A stretch of 64,000 bases of DNA from Dimorphilus gyrociliatus (lineage: Eukaryota > Animalia > Annelida). Shown piece by piece: positions 39,073 to 53,068 of this stretch. Every line of letters begins with the position of its first letter. Positions within the stretch are counted from its first letter, which is position 1. The stretch spans positions 372,001 through 436,000 of the forward strand of contig CAJFCJ010000001.1 of the NCBI GenBank assembly GCA_904063045.1, given 5' to 3'. The notes beneath the pieces were generated by a model. That model ran no database searches. It saw only the letters and a program-made list of their open reading frames with translations, and had not been told where the DNA came from. The translations under genes were made by a program, and so were the position numbers.

Positions 39073-42000
39073 ATGTTTTACCAATTGCTAATTGCTCTAG
39101 CGTTTTATTCGAATATACGTAAGTCTTATTTTACGATTATTAGACCTATTAATCAGCAAGATCTTCTTTTCATAAAATGATCTATTCATCAACCCACTCC
39201 ATTCAATATAGTAGGTGCAGAAGCTGACAACGGTCCGACAATTAGCGAACCCCCCTTCGATACTTATGTAGGAAACGATAAGGCGGCTAACCTACCCTGT
39301 GTTGTGGAAGGGGAGCAGGAATCCACACAAACCAAGTATAACATAACTTGGTATCACAACGGCAAGAAGGTTTGTCATAGCTAATAGAGATAAAAAAAGA
39401 GAAATCAAACACTTCATATTTGATGTAGATTATCCTAATGTAAACAACACGGCTTTTTCCCTTTCTGCAGGTGATATTCGGACCAAACAAGGAGAAAGAA
39501 GGACCTTTTCCGTTGCCAAAAGGTGGCCTATTCTTCATTGTCGTAAAACGAGACGATTTAGGTAAAGGACAACCGGAAATAAACTAAAACCTATGATAAT
39601 AACATTAACTTCTTGCTCTTAAAATAGGCAAATACTATTGCAACGTAACGGATCCAAAGTCAAAGAAGTGGACTGTGTCTAAGGAAATAACACTAGGATT
39701 TGCAGGTAAGAGTACTCGTTTCTTGCGGTTTAGCAATGGTATTTCTTACTGTTGTTATCGTCTATGTTTTATCGGTGTTCGAAAAAGAATTTGTTTGAAC
39801 GTAAGACGACCGCCAGATTTGCGGTTTTCCTTTTTATGACCGATTACGCGTGGGAAGGCCGGCTTTTGTATATAAACTTTATGTGTGAGCAATACGAGAA
39901 CGATTGAAAGTAAAAAAGGGAAAGTATGTGCAAAAAAGGGCCTAGTTTGTCGCGGTTGGCTTTGTTTGTTCTGCTCTTTCAAGTTACGAGCATACTCGGT
40001 GGGCGTCCTATTTAATTTGCGCCACGTTTTTCTCTCTGAAAATTCCTCCTCTAAAGCATTTCTACGTGCTCATCAAACGCTTGTTATTATCAGACGAGAT
40101 AACGTTATCGTCATCGTCAACATACAGAAAGACTGACGGCATTGATTAGTAATCGGGAAGTGAGCGAATAAAACACTAAATATTATTAAAGTGAAAACAC
40201 GAAATCAAATGTATAAAAATCAACCATACACCCATAAAAACAGGAAATTTCATTTGGAAGTTGGCTATTATCCATTTAAATCTGTAATTCACACTTCGGT
40301 TAGACATTACTGACCATCGGCTAGTTGGAACACGTCTAGGCGTTAGTCAATGATTAAAAAGCCATTAGGAAGAGCGATCTTGTTTGCGAATGGTCGCGAT
40401 CTACGTTTATAAAAGAGCGGCGATTTCAATACGGCTCTTTTATTATATCGCACTCATCAAACTCGACTCCATTAGATTGAACTAAAAGATAAGCCGCTTA
40501 ATTAAATTCGAAACGCTTTTAGAGAGAACGACAGCAAGACAGCCAAGTGATTTTCGTTATTGCCGTCGATTATTGATGACATGACTCAGATAGATTGTAA
40601 CGATTAGAGCCCACTGGCCGTCTCAGATAAGACTTTAGAGGGCTTAAAAAAATAAGTGAAAAAAAAAAAAGCGTTTAGGGGGCAAATGCTTGGTAGATTC
40701 TGTTGCCGGGACACGGTAAGAAAGAAGCACATCTGGCATCTAGAAAACTACAGCCTGAACAAACATAACTTTTCCTATTCTATATCCTCAGTCGGTTTTC
40801 TCTTTCTCTCCCACCCACCTCGTTTAAGTAAAAGTCGCTAATTTTTGTTTTTCTGACAATTTTGAATCTGTAGCTTGTATACAATATACACATATATATT
40901 GAGGCAGACGGGTGGTGGTGGAATGGCCGCCCAGTTTACTCTCGGGATATCTGTACGCGCGCGTGCATTGCAGATTTTATTACGGGTCGCGACGATCGAT
41001 TTCGACGCCTATATAAACCCGGACATCTACTCCCCAGTGATGCTTATTACTTTTTCTCTTTGTAAGTCGCAACAAGAGAAAACAGGGTCAACTTTCTTCG
41101 CTTGAGGAGACTGAAAGAAAAGGAAAACCCTTTGTTATGGACGCGCCGATAATAAATCTGACGTTTTGTAGCGTTTCTTTGTCCGGTACAACTGCGACGC
41201 CTGCGCGTTGAGGCGTGTAACGAAGGCGTCTCTTCATGTTAATGATGCAACCGTTTTTGGGAAGCGAGGCCTCATAGCTCTCTCTTATATCGATATATCA
41301 AAATACGGCGACTAGCTGGCGCCTGTGCCGAGCACCTAATGGTCATTCCGTGCCAGCTGCTTGTGTTGGCTGGTCTGCTGCTACCCTGGTAACAACACGA
41401 CTGTCGAATTGACCTTAAAATCACCTTCTCTTTACCAAACTATTTGCTATAAGATTTTCTCTTTCCCGTTGCCCTTTAAAAAAAGTGAGACGGAGGTGGT
41501 GTCGTTCAGTTAGTAAACATTGTCTATTTTCCCAACTACCGATAATGTCAACTAGAGACGGAATCGGTGCTGGGGGCTGTCTTGGCAAGCGAGGGTAGAT
41601 GGAATATGATGAAAGAATTTTATCATTGATTACTTCAATCTCAGTCGAGTCATGTCGGCGGCATTAAACGGTGTTTTTCAATAATGTTTTGCGCAGCAAA
41701 CCAAGTTTCCCGTAAATAATTTTTGTCGGAAGCCGTTGAGCGTTAATAAACGTCGTCTGCTTTGTTCTCACATTGATTTTTTAGTATACATATTTATATA
41801 TATTAACATATTGATTTAATCATCTATAACAAACATATAAGGTATACATAATCTTTAATATGTATATATCATATACGTTAATATATACAAATATAAGGCT
41901 TCGTTTCACTATCGTTCCATCTGCCGACACTCCGGTGACACTTGTTTTACCATTGCTTTGGGATTTTACATTATGAGTTATTCTTCCACTTCGCAAAGAA

Positions 42001-45000
42001 GCTGGTTATTGAATCATTAAATAGATCATTTGCTGAGAATATTGATTAGTAGTTCTGGCAGTCTATATTGTTTGTAAGACGTATCGACTTAGAAGAGTTC
42101 TGACAAACTCTGTCAAATTGCCTCTTCCACAATTAGCCGCATAGCGGGCAATTTCCATTCGTCATTAATGTTATATCTGATAAATAATTTATTCGATGCG
42201 TCCCATATAAACCGTTGTTTTTATTTTCTCACGTAACCAGTCGTCTGCCAACAGTCATTATAGGCCTATTTCAATTTTTTTTATGTAAGACCTTAGATGC
42301 TCTTAAAGTGTAAGATGTTGAGTTTTCGAGACGCTTTGTGGTAAATTGCTGAGTGGAATACTAGAGCGGTTGGTGGCCCTCTATTCGCAATGGTTGGATG
42401 ATGATAACCGAATTAATTTTAGCGAATTAGTTGAGTCACGGTTGGAATGATTCAGAAACGGACTTTCGTTCCCTTTTTTTGTGCTTAATAACCCTCCATG
42501 GAATAATTCGTACCTGATGACCTAAACCCTAGCATAACGAAGCCAGGGAATATACGATATCTGTACATGGTTTGTTTTTATTCAGAAGCTCGCAACCTTT
42601 GACCTTCCGCCTCGTAGGTGGCGGACGCTTGTCGTACTTGTCATCACAGTACTTATTCGTTTTCTCTCATGGTGTCGTTAAGCTCTGAATAATAGATACC
42701 TCACCCCACAACTGTTACATATGATGCATTCTTTATACATTTGATCGTTGAGCGATTGCCGAAAAGACATGATCTTATCATTTATCCTATTCTAATAACG
42801 GATTGAGCTGAGATAATACCGTTTCTCCCAATATCCTTTCTATCAACAAAACATTATTTATTGCAATGTCTTTACCATTTTCTTTTGCCTCTCCGCCACT
42901 ACATCTCTTTCGTAGTTCTCACGCGCTTTAACGATACTGCGATCGATATACGACTGTTTGTGTTGGCAAAGTGATGCGCGAAGTTGTTAGAGTTCTGCAA
43001 AGAGCGTAAGGGAGTGTTTGGAGGATACTGAAGAATGTACACTAGTCCCTTTTTTTAGAAGGTGGATTTTAGCTGTTGTTAAGATCCGACGTTCTTTGCT
43101 AAATCGTTTTTATTGATTTTGGGATTCCAAAGATTTATGAAGGTCCTGGCTAGCTCTTAAAAAGACAAATGGGGATGCAAGCCAAGGGCTAAGGTGAATA
43201 CAGTTCGACAGGGTGATTGGAAGATAGTAGAAATGAGTGTTGAGAAGAATAACCTGCAAACGTTGCTCGTCGATATTTCATTTAACACGCGTTTATTTGT
43301 GTTTGCCTTGAGATGTATTACAGCTGCTTATTGTGCACGCAACACCCCTTCAGATGGGTACGAAAAATCTCTTCGTTATTATTGAATTTCGTCGGTTTCA
43401 CGGCTAACGCAATTCCGTCCATCCACCACGGCTCAAAAACAAATAAGATCCGCCGTCAGCCCTTAACACCTGTTCTATTCTAACGAGCTGTCATATGAAA
43501 TTTCCTAGCATCCTATATGTTATCCCCATCCATCACAATTGCTCTTATTTCCTATTCCCCTATTCTCCGAATTACTCATGATTAACGGTTTCAATTTGAC
43601 GAATGCTTGTATAAATAATTGTGAAAAATTTGGAATGCGCTTTACAGTCAAGCTTTTCCACTATGGTAAACGCGTCAAACGTCGTCATAGAAACGACGAT
43701 GGTGTTGTCTATATTTATATTCGGTGTACATATAGGGAAAAACCGTGCACATCGAAATTTACGTGACCGGATTACTGAAATCGTGGCGCCGAGAGAATTC
43801 GATAAAAACGAATATTAGGCTGAGAAAAATTCGTCATCACGTATTACGTCATAGTCGATTCCTTCACATTTTTTCCATTCATACAAACACACCGTAAATC
43901 ACAACGTCCAATCCAAAGCCGTAGCCATGCCAACAAATGTTTCGGGCGGAAATACGTCCATACGACAGCCGATTCGCGCTGAGAGCTGGCACGCGGGCAA
44001 GTTGATTAGCCGCCTCTAATTATGAGTGTTAGTCCATCATCGTCTTCTTCGGCGACGTATGAGTCACAGCAAATGCTCATTGTTCATCGACTGTCTCATG
44101 CAAAAACGCATCCGTCAAACGAGTGAATCCGCGTATTCATTAAGGGCACAAACTTCAAAGAGACGCCGTCCGATTAATCGGAACGTCGGTCTCGTTTATG
44201 CGCGAGCATATACGCTCGGCCTATAATTGAAGGCTCATAGTATACACTGACATTCTCCCAACGACCGTCATTATTGATGATTACACTAATTTTAGCAAAC
44301 AGGTGTAACGGCTATACTATATTTTACCGTTTGGCTATCGGGTTTTATATAGATCTATGCATCCATGCTCCTCTTATAATAGGGAAAACGCCCCCGCGAT
44401 AAACGCTCGTTACAGAGACAGTCTTTGTTAAAAGGAGTGAAGCGTCAGTTAGAGTGGATGCTAGTGTGTCTATTTAATTACGTGCATCCTGCACATTCTC
44501 TCTTCATTCCATCTTATGTAAATCAGACGGCAAGAGATAAAAAAAGAAGCTAAAAAGACGGAATTGGAAGAAATAACCGTCTAAGCTTTTTTTTTTCTCT
44601 CTTTTTCTATCGCTTCATTCGCACTTTTTTTAATATAATATAAATTATCTTACTATGTACGAGAGGGTGCGTATTTTCGATCGATATAACGTTCGAAAAC
44701 TCTGCAGGTGCTAATGACAAAATGTCAAGAAAATCAGGGAAACGGTTGCAATATAGGCCGAGCTCGTTAGTGCTTATTATCGGACAGAAGTTTCCTGTTT
44801 CGAAATTCTTTTTTACGCATATTTGTTAAAAATGAACAACCAGACTGTCTGGCGTCTGATAGAGGATGAAGCTTACGCACAAGTGTAGATATACGCTAAA
44901 GCGTGTCTGCATGTATGTAATCTTATATAGATATTTGCAGATGTATAAATATAATTATTTAAATGAAAGGGTACATTATATATATATCTTTCTATTTTAT

Positions 45001-48000
45001 ACGAAGTTATCAATTTGTTGAAAAAATCTCCTTTTTGTCCTTTTTCTGTTTTCGTTATTTGTTAATTACTTGAAGCTATATGTGGGAAGCCAATAAAATC
45101 TGATAATTAAAGAAAGAGAGTTTACGATACAAAGGGAAAGAGAAAAGTGTATTAAAACAGAGTGTAGAAGAAACGTGTATATATGTGTATGTAAGCTAGG
45201 GATAACTTACTACTGCCAGTATTATAAGGCATCCACGAAAAAACGCTTGCCTTGGGCTTTACTGTATGTATTTTTAACATCAGAAAGTAAAAAAAGAGTA
45301 AGCAATACGGGGAAAGGAACCAGTATGCAGTGAACCTTAGCTTAGTCTCCAAGTACCATGGTTATGTTCGTCTCTCCACGGGCGTCTATTAATTGCTATT
45401 TGAGAAGCTTTTCAAAGCTGTACGCTCGAATAGACAGAATTGAAGATCTCACGCCTAGGCCCAAGCAGTTAAGGGTCAGTCGAAGGTTGAAGCGGCGCTA
45501 ATGATGTCGACGGGGTGAGAGGGAAAAAGAAGTAAGGTATAGGATGTTTACGTTAGGAATCGGTGATTTGAATCTTTTCTAGATGAATAGAGGTTTTGTA
45601 AAGTTTGTTTAGATTTGTTGGTTGAAGAAAAACAGATTCTGCCGTCTCTATACCGAAATACTACGCAAACGTAATTTCAAGTGTTGACATTAAAAGTAAC
45701 TAGGAGCGTCGAGTGTTTGCTTTACACAACACACCCGTTTGTCACCTGGACGCTGTATTTGTTATTGTACAGAGAAAGGGTCGATCACAGACGCCGTTGA
45801 GCTTCGCGTGACTGTTCCTTAGCATTTTGCAATTAGTCTAACCCGTTACATTTTCGGCTCAGAGTATTAAAGTAGAAATCGGGCTTTTAGTCGAATTACG
45901 ATTTGCTATTCCGGCGGAATCGATTGAAAAAAGGGGCTAAGCATAGGCGTATTTCTACTTACTATGGGAAGTTCCTAGAGAAAAGTGTGAGGCGTTTCCG
46001 GCGTGGACGAGTAGCTTATTGCTCTGCCAATCGATTGGCAGTGAAAAGTTAACGACTGCTACTTTTGTTTTTATATTCAGTACAGTTGGCAATTTTCCTG
46101 TTTGAGCTACATCTCATTTTTTTTTTTGCTAACATGCAAGTCACTCATCTACATGCTAATCAAGTAAATTAAAGGCGGCCGCCAACCGTCCGTTGCTCGT
46201 TTGCTTTAATCCGGCGGTTCGTCGAAAAAAATTGGAAAGCGATAGCTAACAAAGAAGAGCGTAAACAGATCTAGAAGCCGTCTATATGATGTGTTTTGCT
46301 TGTCTGTTTGTCTTTTTCATTGATTGCCTCCGCGTTAGACGTTTTGCCAATAATAGTTTTTTTTGGCTTATTTCCTTCCCCTTCCTTGGAGATCTAAAGA
46401 TTTAGTTTTATAGTCGTTAACTAGAAAAGGTAATAATAGACTAAAAAGTAAATTAGTAGTGGGCGTCATTGGAAAAGGACGTGAATTGGACGGCTTCATT
46501 ATAAGCACGCCTTTCGAGCGGCTTTCTTTGCGATTCATTAATCATATGCAACATAAGTCTGATAATGATGGCGGATTGTTCTATATCGATTAACGCCCTA
46601 GGCAAGAATTACGCATAAATATTTATGTACACATTTTAACGCCGCATAACTAACGTCTTACCGACTTCGGAATATTAGGCCTAGGAAAAAAGAGTACTAA
46701 GATAGAAAAAAAAATCGATTACTTGTTTGTGCGAAAAAAAGAATCGTATTTGGGTGTTGTTAGTTGGAAGACGCCTAACTGGACGCTAGGCAGGAAATTG
46801 CAGTCTGATCAAAAATTTTCGTTTATTTACCAAAACCCAAATAAAAATGGATAGCTCTGTTAGAAACCAGTTTACGTTCGTTCATGCGATTAAACTGAGC
46901 GGCGAAAGGCGCTAGTGCAGTACAAAAACGTGTTCGATTAATAAAATATTCCTCGTCCAGCCGCCAATCCAATAAGAAGGATGTATGTCGCAATACGAGC
47001 CCAGGCATAATTCAATAGACTAAAATCGCTGGCTGCTACTGTATTGCAGAGATGGCAACAAGCAGTATTTGCGGCAGTGGCGCCTCGTTATTGGAAAATA
47101 CTGGCCTGTAGATCACTTAGCACTAGTTTCCACTCTACTATTTTCACTAATATATTTCATCCCCTCTGAACTAAAGGCTCTAGTTTTACACTAGTAATTT
47201 TATTACTCTTTCACTCTAACCACCATTCATCCCCCCAAACGAATAGGCCAAGAACCTAAATTTGTTTATGTGCCCCGATTCGATCGACTTCGTACTGCAT
47301 TCTACCGCAACGTATCTCATTACAGAACAGTGAATGTTGGTCTTTTCCTAAGATAATTATATGGTCTGTGACTACGTGAGAAAGAGCTCTCTTCCCACTT
47401 ATTGTAACTTTCTACAAAGAAAGCTACGCAATGCGCTCGTGAATAGAGTATGATTGAGAGAGTAATGCCGTGACGCGAATGTATATTCCAATTCGTTGAC
47501 ACCCTTGTAAAGCGTTCCAGATTTTCGTACTTAGGCTAATGCATTTTACAGAAGTTTTTGCTTGATCGTGTTCCTTTGTTGTTTTTTTTCTTGTCTTTCA
47601 TTTTTTTTTTGTACTTACATTTTAGTTTTCTTTCTCTTTTACAAAAGTATAAAAAGCTTTTATAAATATATTTTAGTGTTTATATTTTAGTAACATATAT
47701 CACTAAACATAAATTTTCATTCCTTGTCTTTAATTTTACAGTTCTGGATTCTGAGTTTATCAAAAATCCGAGTGCAAAAATTGAAGTTGCAGTTGGTCGT
47801 CCTGCCCTTCTTGAATGTGAACCGCCTAAAGGAAAGCCAAAGCCATCAGTTTCATGGAGAAAAGTACGTGTATTGATTTTTCTTAACCATCTACCTTTCT
47901 ACCTTTCTATTTAGCGATTCATTTCCTAATACTATGATTTTTTTCTGCAGAATGGCAACAAATTAGAGCTGTCCGAGAGGATATTACAACATCCAGGTGG

Positions 48001-51000
48001 AACTTTAGAAATTCGAAGGACAGAAAGAAAAGATACCGGAACTTACCATTGTGAAGCTGAGTCAGCTGGCATTAAACGAAGCTCGTCACCAGCAATTCTC
48101 GATGTTCTGGAACCTCCTAAATTTGTAATGACTCCTAAAAATAAGAAAGTAGAAGAAGAAGGCACTGTAGAATTTAAATGTAGCGCTGTCGGTGAGCCAA
48201 AGCCAACAATATTCTGGTCAAAAAAAGGTAGTAAGATGCCGCCTGAATCAAGGAGGGAATTACTCAGTGATAATAGCTTGAGGATAATAAGGGCTCAGAG
48301 GGAGGATAGTGGACGTTACGCATGTCAGATTAAGAACAGTGTCGGTTCGAAGTTTCATTATGCAACTTTAGAAGTTGAATCCAAACCTTCCTTCCTCACT
48401 ACACCTATGGCAAAGACAGTGCGTGAGAATGACGAAGTTACATTTCAATGCGAAGTGGACGGTTATCCAAAGCCAACTGTGTTCTGGAGTAGAGACAACG
48501 ATCAAAGTCGTCTTATGTTTCCCACAAAGAGATACGGGAGATATTTCGTAGACGTTAGGGGCTCTCTTATAATTCGCAATGTTAAGCCGGAAGACGCAGG
48601 AATACACTCGTGCCAGGCTTACTCATCAGCCGGATCAGCTATAGCAAAAGCAAAATTAACTGTTGTTAGAAACCGTAATGGACATAGGTTACCGCCTACA
48701 ATTACTCAGGGTCCTCAGAATCAGGTTGTACCCGTCGGTCAAACTGCAGAGTTGATTTGCAGGACCGAAAGCACTCCAGCTCCACAGATCAAATGGCTTA
48801 AGAAAAATAAACTTCTAAAAGGTAATAAGAGAATAAAAATCCTTTCTTCCGGCACGCTTCAGATCAACGATATTCGTTTGATTGACTCTGCTAAGTATAC
48901 TTGTGTTGTTTCTAATGAGAATGGTGCATCTACTTGGAACGCTACTATCAAAGTTCACAAAAGATTCTCGTCAAGAACAAATGTTGTTTTTAATAAGACA
49001 CCTGAACCATCAACTTTTCCAGGCACTCCCCATAAGCCTATACCTACACATATTACAGAAACGTCCGTAACGTTAAATTGGAGGGTAAATTCGAGTTTTG
49101 GAGCCAGTCCTATAAATGGCTCAATTATTGACTACTTTTCACCAACTGCCACAGATGGTTGGATAGCTATAGATGTACCAGGAAAAAAGAGTAGTTATGT
49201 GATAACTGATTTAAAGCCTGGTAAAATGTATTACTTTATTGTTCGTTCTAAAAATGCTCATGGAGTGAGTAAGCCTTCGGAAGTTAGCGATCCAATAAAG
49301 ACTCGAGGACGAGATTTAATGAATGAAAAAAATAAGCAGGAAATGGACAGAGTAGTTACAAAATTACTGGCGAAGAAGATAATTAACAAAGTCCGAGCAA
49401 AGGCCACTGGTTCGAATACAATTCGAGTTGAATGGACCGTTAAGGGTAAAGCAAAGCGCTATATAGATGGTTATCATGTTCGCTTTAAAGTCTATTCTCA
49501 GAACTATAATTACGACATATCACAACATGACCACACTCATACAAGTAATGAATTAGATGGAGAAGTAATGGTGAGAAACGGAAAGACCTCTACAGTTCTA
49601 AAGAATCTTGAGGAGGGTACACTGTATAAAGTTTCAGTGCAAGCTTTTCATGGACAAATCCACAGCCAATATTCCGATTCCGTTAGCGCTAAAACTCATT
49701 CTCGTAGACCCTCATCTGGACCAACCAACGTTCGTGCAAGAATGAATAGCAATAATACCATGAATGTATATTGGCAGCCACCACCTCCCCTGCATAGAAA
49801 TGGAGATATAACGGGGTATAAAATCTATATATTTGGGAATGGGTCTGACGATACGCAATCCGTTTTGGTGCCTGGAGATCAAGATAGAACAATAGTTGCT
49901 CGAGTCCAATCCGATAGAATTTACAAATTGCAAATGTCTGCCGAAAACGAAGCAGGGGAGGGAGAAAAAACGAAAGCAATTGAAGTCGGTGAGTTAAAAA
50001 CGACGTATAAAAGAGACCCCTATTGAGTTCTTTCAATAGGCCTGAATATGGTTTTTTCTATTATTTCTACGCCCTTTTTTCCACAATTTATTGTTATTAG
50101 TTTTATTTATTCTATACGCAAAAAAAACAGATAACGAGTGGTACTTATTACAAAATAATGGTAGTGTTAAAGGTATATTCGAACTGAATATTTGCTGTAT
50201 ATTCTGCTGTATACAACTGTATTATGATTGAAAAGAGATTTTTTTGAGCTTGAAGATTAAGTAGACAGAGATTATAAAAATAACATTCGCATTGGATAAA
50301 TACGAGCAATCCCAAATCATAAAAACTAGGGCCTACTATTGACATAATTGTTAAAGCTAAGTCAAAATATGTCATATCATGAAAAAATACGAAAGTCGTA
50401 AATGTGTAACGGCTGGCTACCAAACAATATATAGCTAGTTTATTGCCTCATTTATTTCCTCTCACATTTTTTATTGGAGTATAAGAAAAAGTTGAGAGAA
50501 TGAATGTTTTTACCGACTCCACGTTTCCTATTATTATTAATTCTAATTTGTGTTTTTCCATTCGTGTACCACACCCATCTCACTTCTTTCTCTGTACCCC
50601 TACCTCTCGAATACTGCCCCTCTTCCCCTACCTCATTCTCTTTACAGCCGGCCGTTTTCTCTTCTTCCCCACTGTTTTAACGATTTTTACCGACAATTTC
50701 TCGCTTTCAACTATTGCTTAATAATAAAAAAAATTCGTTTTTTGTGTACAGCTTTGTTTCTATTTATTGTTGGTAAAACGATCTTGATATCTACTATCGA
50801 TATTCCCATTATATATTAACTTACAATCTATTTTTTCTCCCAGGCATTGTACCCAACGTTTATAAAAGCCTATTAAAGGAACCATGGTTTATAGCAACAC
50901 TAATTGGAACTTTGGGAGGTGTTTTGTGGTTGACCTTATGCATATTTAGTATTTGGTTGTATAGAAAGAGGAGAGAGAGAAAGAAAATGGGTAAAAGCGG

Positions 51001-53068
51001 CGTAATGACGAGTAAGCATTTAAATTTGCAAATCATAACTCCCTTAAGGCGATAATATCACTTTAACACCAATTTTTTTTTTTTGCACAATAGTTCCGGT
51101 TCATAAGGTGGACGATGTCAACTGCAGGTAAGATACATATTAAAATAAAATCAGAAACAGTCTTTTAAAATGGAAATAAGATAGAATAATAATAAAATTT
51201 AAACAATTGATTTTTTTTAAAACAAACAGCGATCTAATAGATATTTTTTAAATTATATTAGTATTTGTACTTTATAAAAGAAACAGTGGGAAAATTGAGG
51301 ATAAATGAAAGAATTTAACATTTCTTTCTCCTTTGTTTCTCTTCTTTTTTTTATATATATTTAAACATTAAATATTCTTATCAGAATCGGTTCGTACTTC
51401 GATACGCCGAGTTATAATCTCAAACAAAACGGCGGTGAGTTTGTGCTGATGTCGTTCTTTTTTTCATTGTTGTGACAGATACACGAACCAGAGGGCACCT
51501 GCATCGCCGAATAGTTTCCGAAAGCATCCGATGACGCCGAAACTTGGTCCTCGCATGAATGGTCATTTTGACAAGCCTTGCGGCCACGACTTTCATTGTG
51601 ATTGTTCGATTCCGTTTAATCACTGTACGTTTGTTTATCTTGGCACTTAATTAGAACATGGAAATATTCTATTAAATTAATTATTTCTTTTTCCCAATAT
51701 TGTTTTTAATTTATTAGACTTTTTGTTTGATTTTTTTTACAATCTTTTCAAAAAGTCCTTTATGTGCAGGCACGAATTTTGTTTACTTAAATTTCACGGT
51801 TTGTAGAGCGTTTGTATAATCTATCTTGCATTTTGTTGCAGTTAACCAAATGCCTCCGGATATCACGAATAATACTCTAAACGAAGCGAAGGAAGCGGAA
51901 CAAGAGAATATTTACAGTTGCCCAGCGGAGGCCTATGCTCCTCCACCCATGCCTATGCCCTCATCTCAACACAATACTCCAAGTATGAAAAGCTTCTATA
52001 AGCCACCAGCGCCCCCCAGAGGGGAATCTGTTGTGCCGTACGCTACTTCAATGCTGCATGGCACGCCAAGAACGGATCATATATCGGCTTTCCGCCCTCT
52101 TCCAGGGCAAATGTCAGACCATTCTACTGGGGATGAGATGACGTCATTGCTAGCTCAACCAGGTGGTGGGGATCACGGTATACCAGCACCAATACCAATT
52201 GGACCGATCATGAACATTCAAAATATCATACCCCCGCCTCAGGAACCACCTCCTTCAGAGATGGGAACTCCACCTGAAGGGAGAGGTACACCCATTAGCG
52301 TCCAGTATTCAACTCCTCCATGGATTGGTCAGATGAGCCAACATCCACAAGTTCAGATGGCGCTTACAAGAACTTTATATTCACCCCGTTGTGTGTCAGA
52401 GCCTGAAGGGCCAACGAGCCGTCATAGAACACCTAGATACTATAGCGAGCCGGAAACACCACCTTCGCCTCCTATTCGTAATACAGCTATTCAGTCACCG
52501 CCGAGTCCGGTAAAAGAGATTTACAAACCAGAGAGGCTGGAGGAAGAGCCAGCTTGCGGAGATGATTCTGATTTGGATGTAGCAGCTTCTTCTGTTGCCG
52601 AATGCTCTCCCAGCAGACTGTCAATATCAAGTTCCAGTTCCGGACAAATATCAGGTCAATTGCTCATAATATAACCTTAGCACGACTGCCAAGTTGATTC
52701 TAACTACTATAATAATAATAATATAACGTTATATTTTCTTTTAAACAGATGCTAGTTATTTAACACACGATGCTGAGGCTGATTTCGCACAAGCAGTTGC
52801 TCGAGCAACTGAAATCACACAGGCCCTTCAAAATGGACCTGTAATCGTACCAACACCTCCACCTCCTGCTCCTAAACCATGCTATCACGAAGGTATACCG
52901 TCTCCCGCACCAAAACCTAATCAAAGACCCAGATTGAGGGCACACAGTCCCCCGAGAGGAGACAGTACTGACGATGCTTCCGTAGTTATGACACCAGATG
53001 CTCCTCGACAAAGACGGCCTAAACGTCCAAGGCGACCTCAGAACGGAATTGGTACAGATCATGTTTGA
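39073..53068 (+). CDS. robo: Roundabout (Robo) receptor: signal peptide, 5 Ig, 3 FN3, TM and CC0-CC3-like motifs; 1305 or 1337 aa
   Basis: join(39073..39118,39212..39369,39471..39561,39628..39705,47742..47863,47951..49988,50844..51011,51094..51127,[51385..51434 OR 51479..51624],51842..52654,52749..53068). Ig2 [16 protein letters not shown]; [12 protein letters not shown]...; CC0-like ENIYS; CC1 PYATS; CC2-like IPPPQEPPP; Robo tail motif DFAQAVARA. Confidence 0.92.
51385..51434 (+). CDS. Robo cytoplasmic alternative exon X, 50 nt: (R)[16 protein letters not shown](V)
   Basis: Acceptor ttcttatcAG, consensus donor G|GTGAGT; phase 2 in, phase 1 out. Confidence 0.6.
51479..51624 (+). CDS. Robo cytoplasmic alternative exon Y, 146 nt: (R)[10 protein letters not shown]...[16 protein letters not shown](F)
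   Basis: Acceptor ttttttcattgttgtgacAG, donor T|GTACGT; phase 2 in, phase 1 out; open frame throughout. Confidence 0.65.

Noticed and set aside
49989-50026. Secreted, TM-less Robo from the ORF-track stop after FN3-3
   Set aside because: G|GTGAGT at 49988/49989 is a consensus donor leading in phase to the TM exon; there is no evidence for intronic polyadenylation.
48368-50036. Minus-strand and shifted-frame ORFs overlapping robo (48368, 48882, 49689, 49712; also 51420, 52760)
   Set aside because: Shadow ORFs of real coding exons with no recognisable domains.
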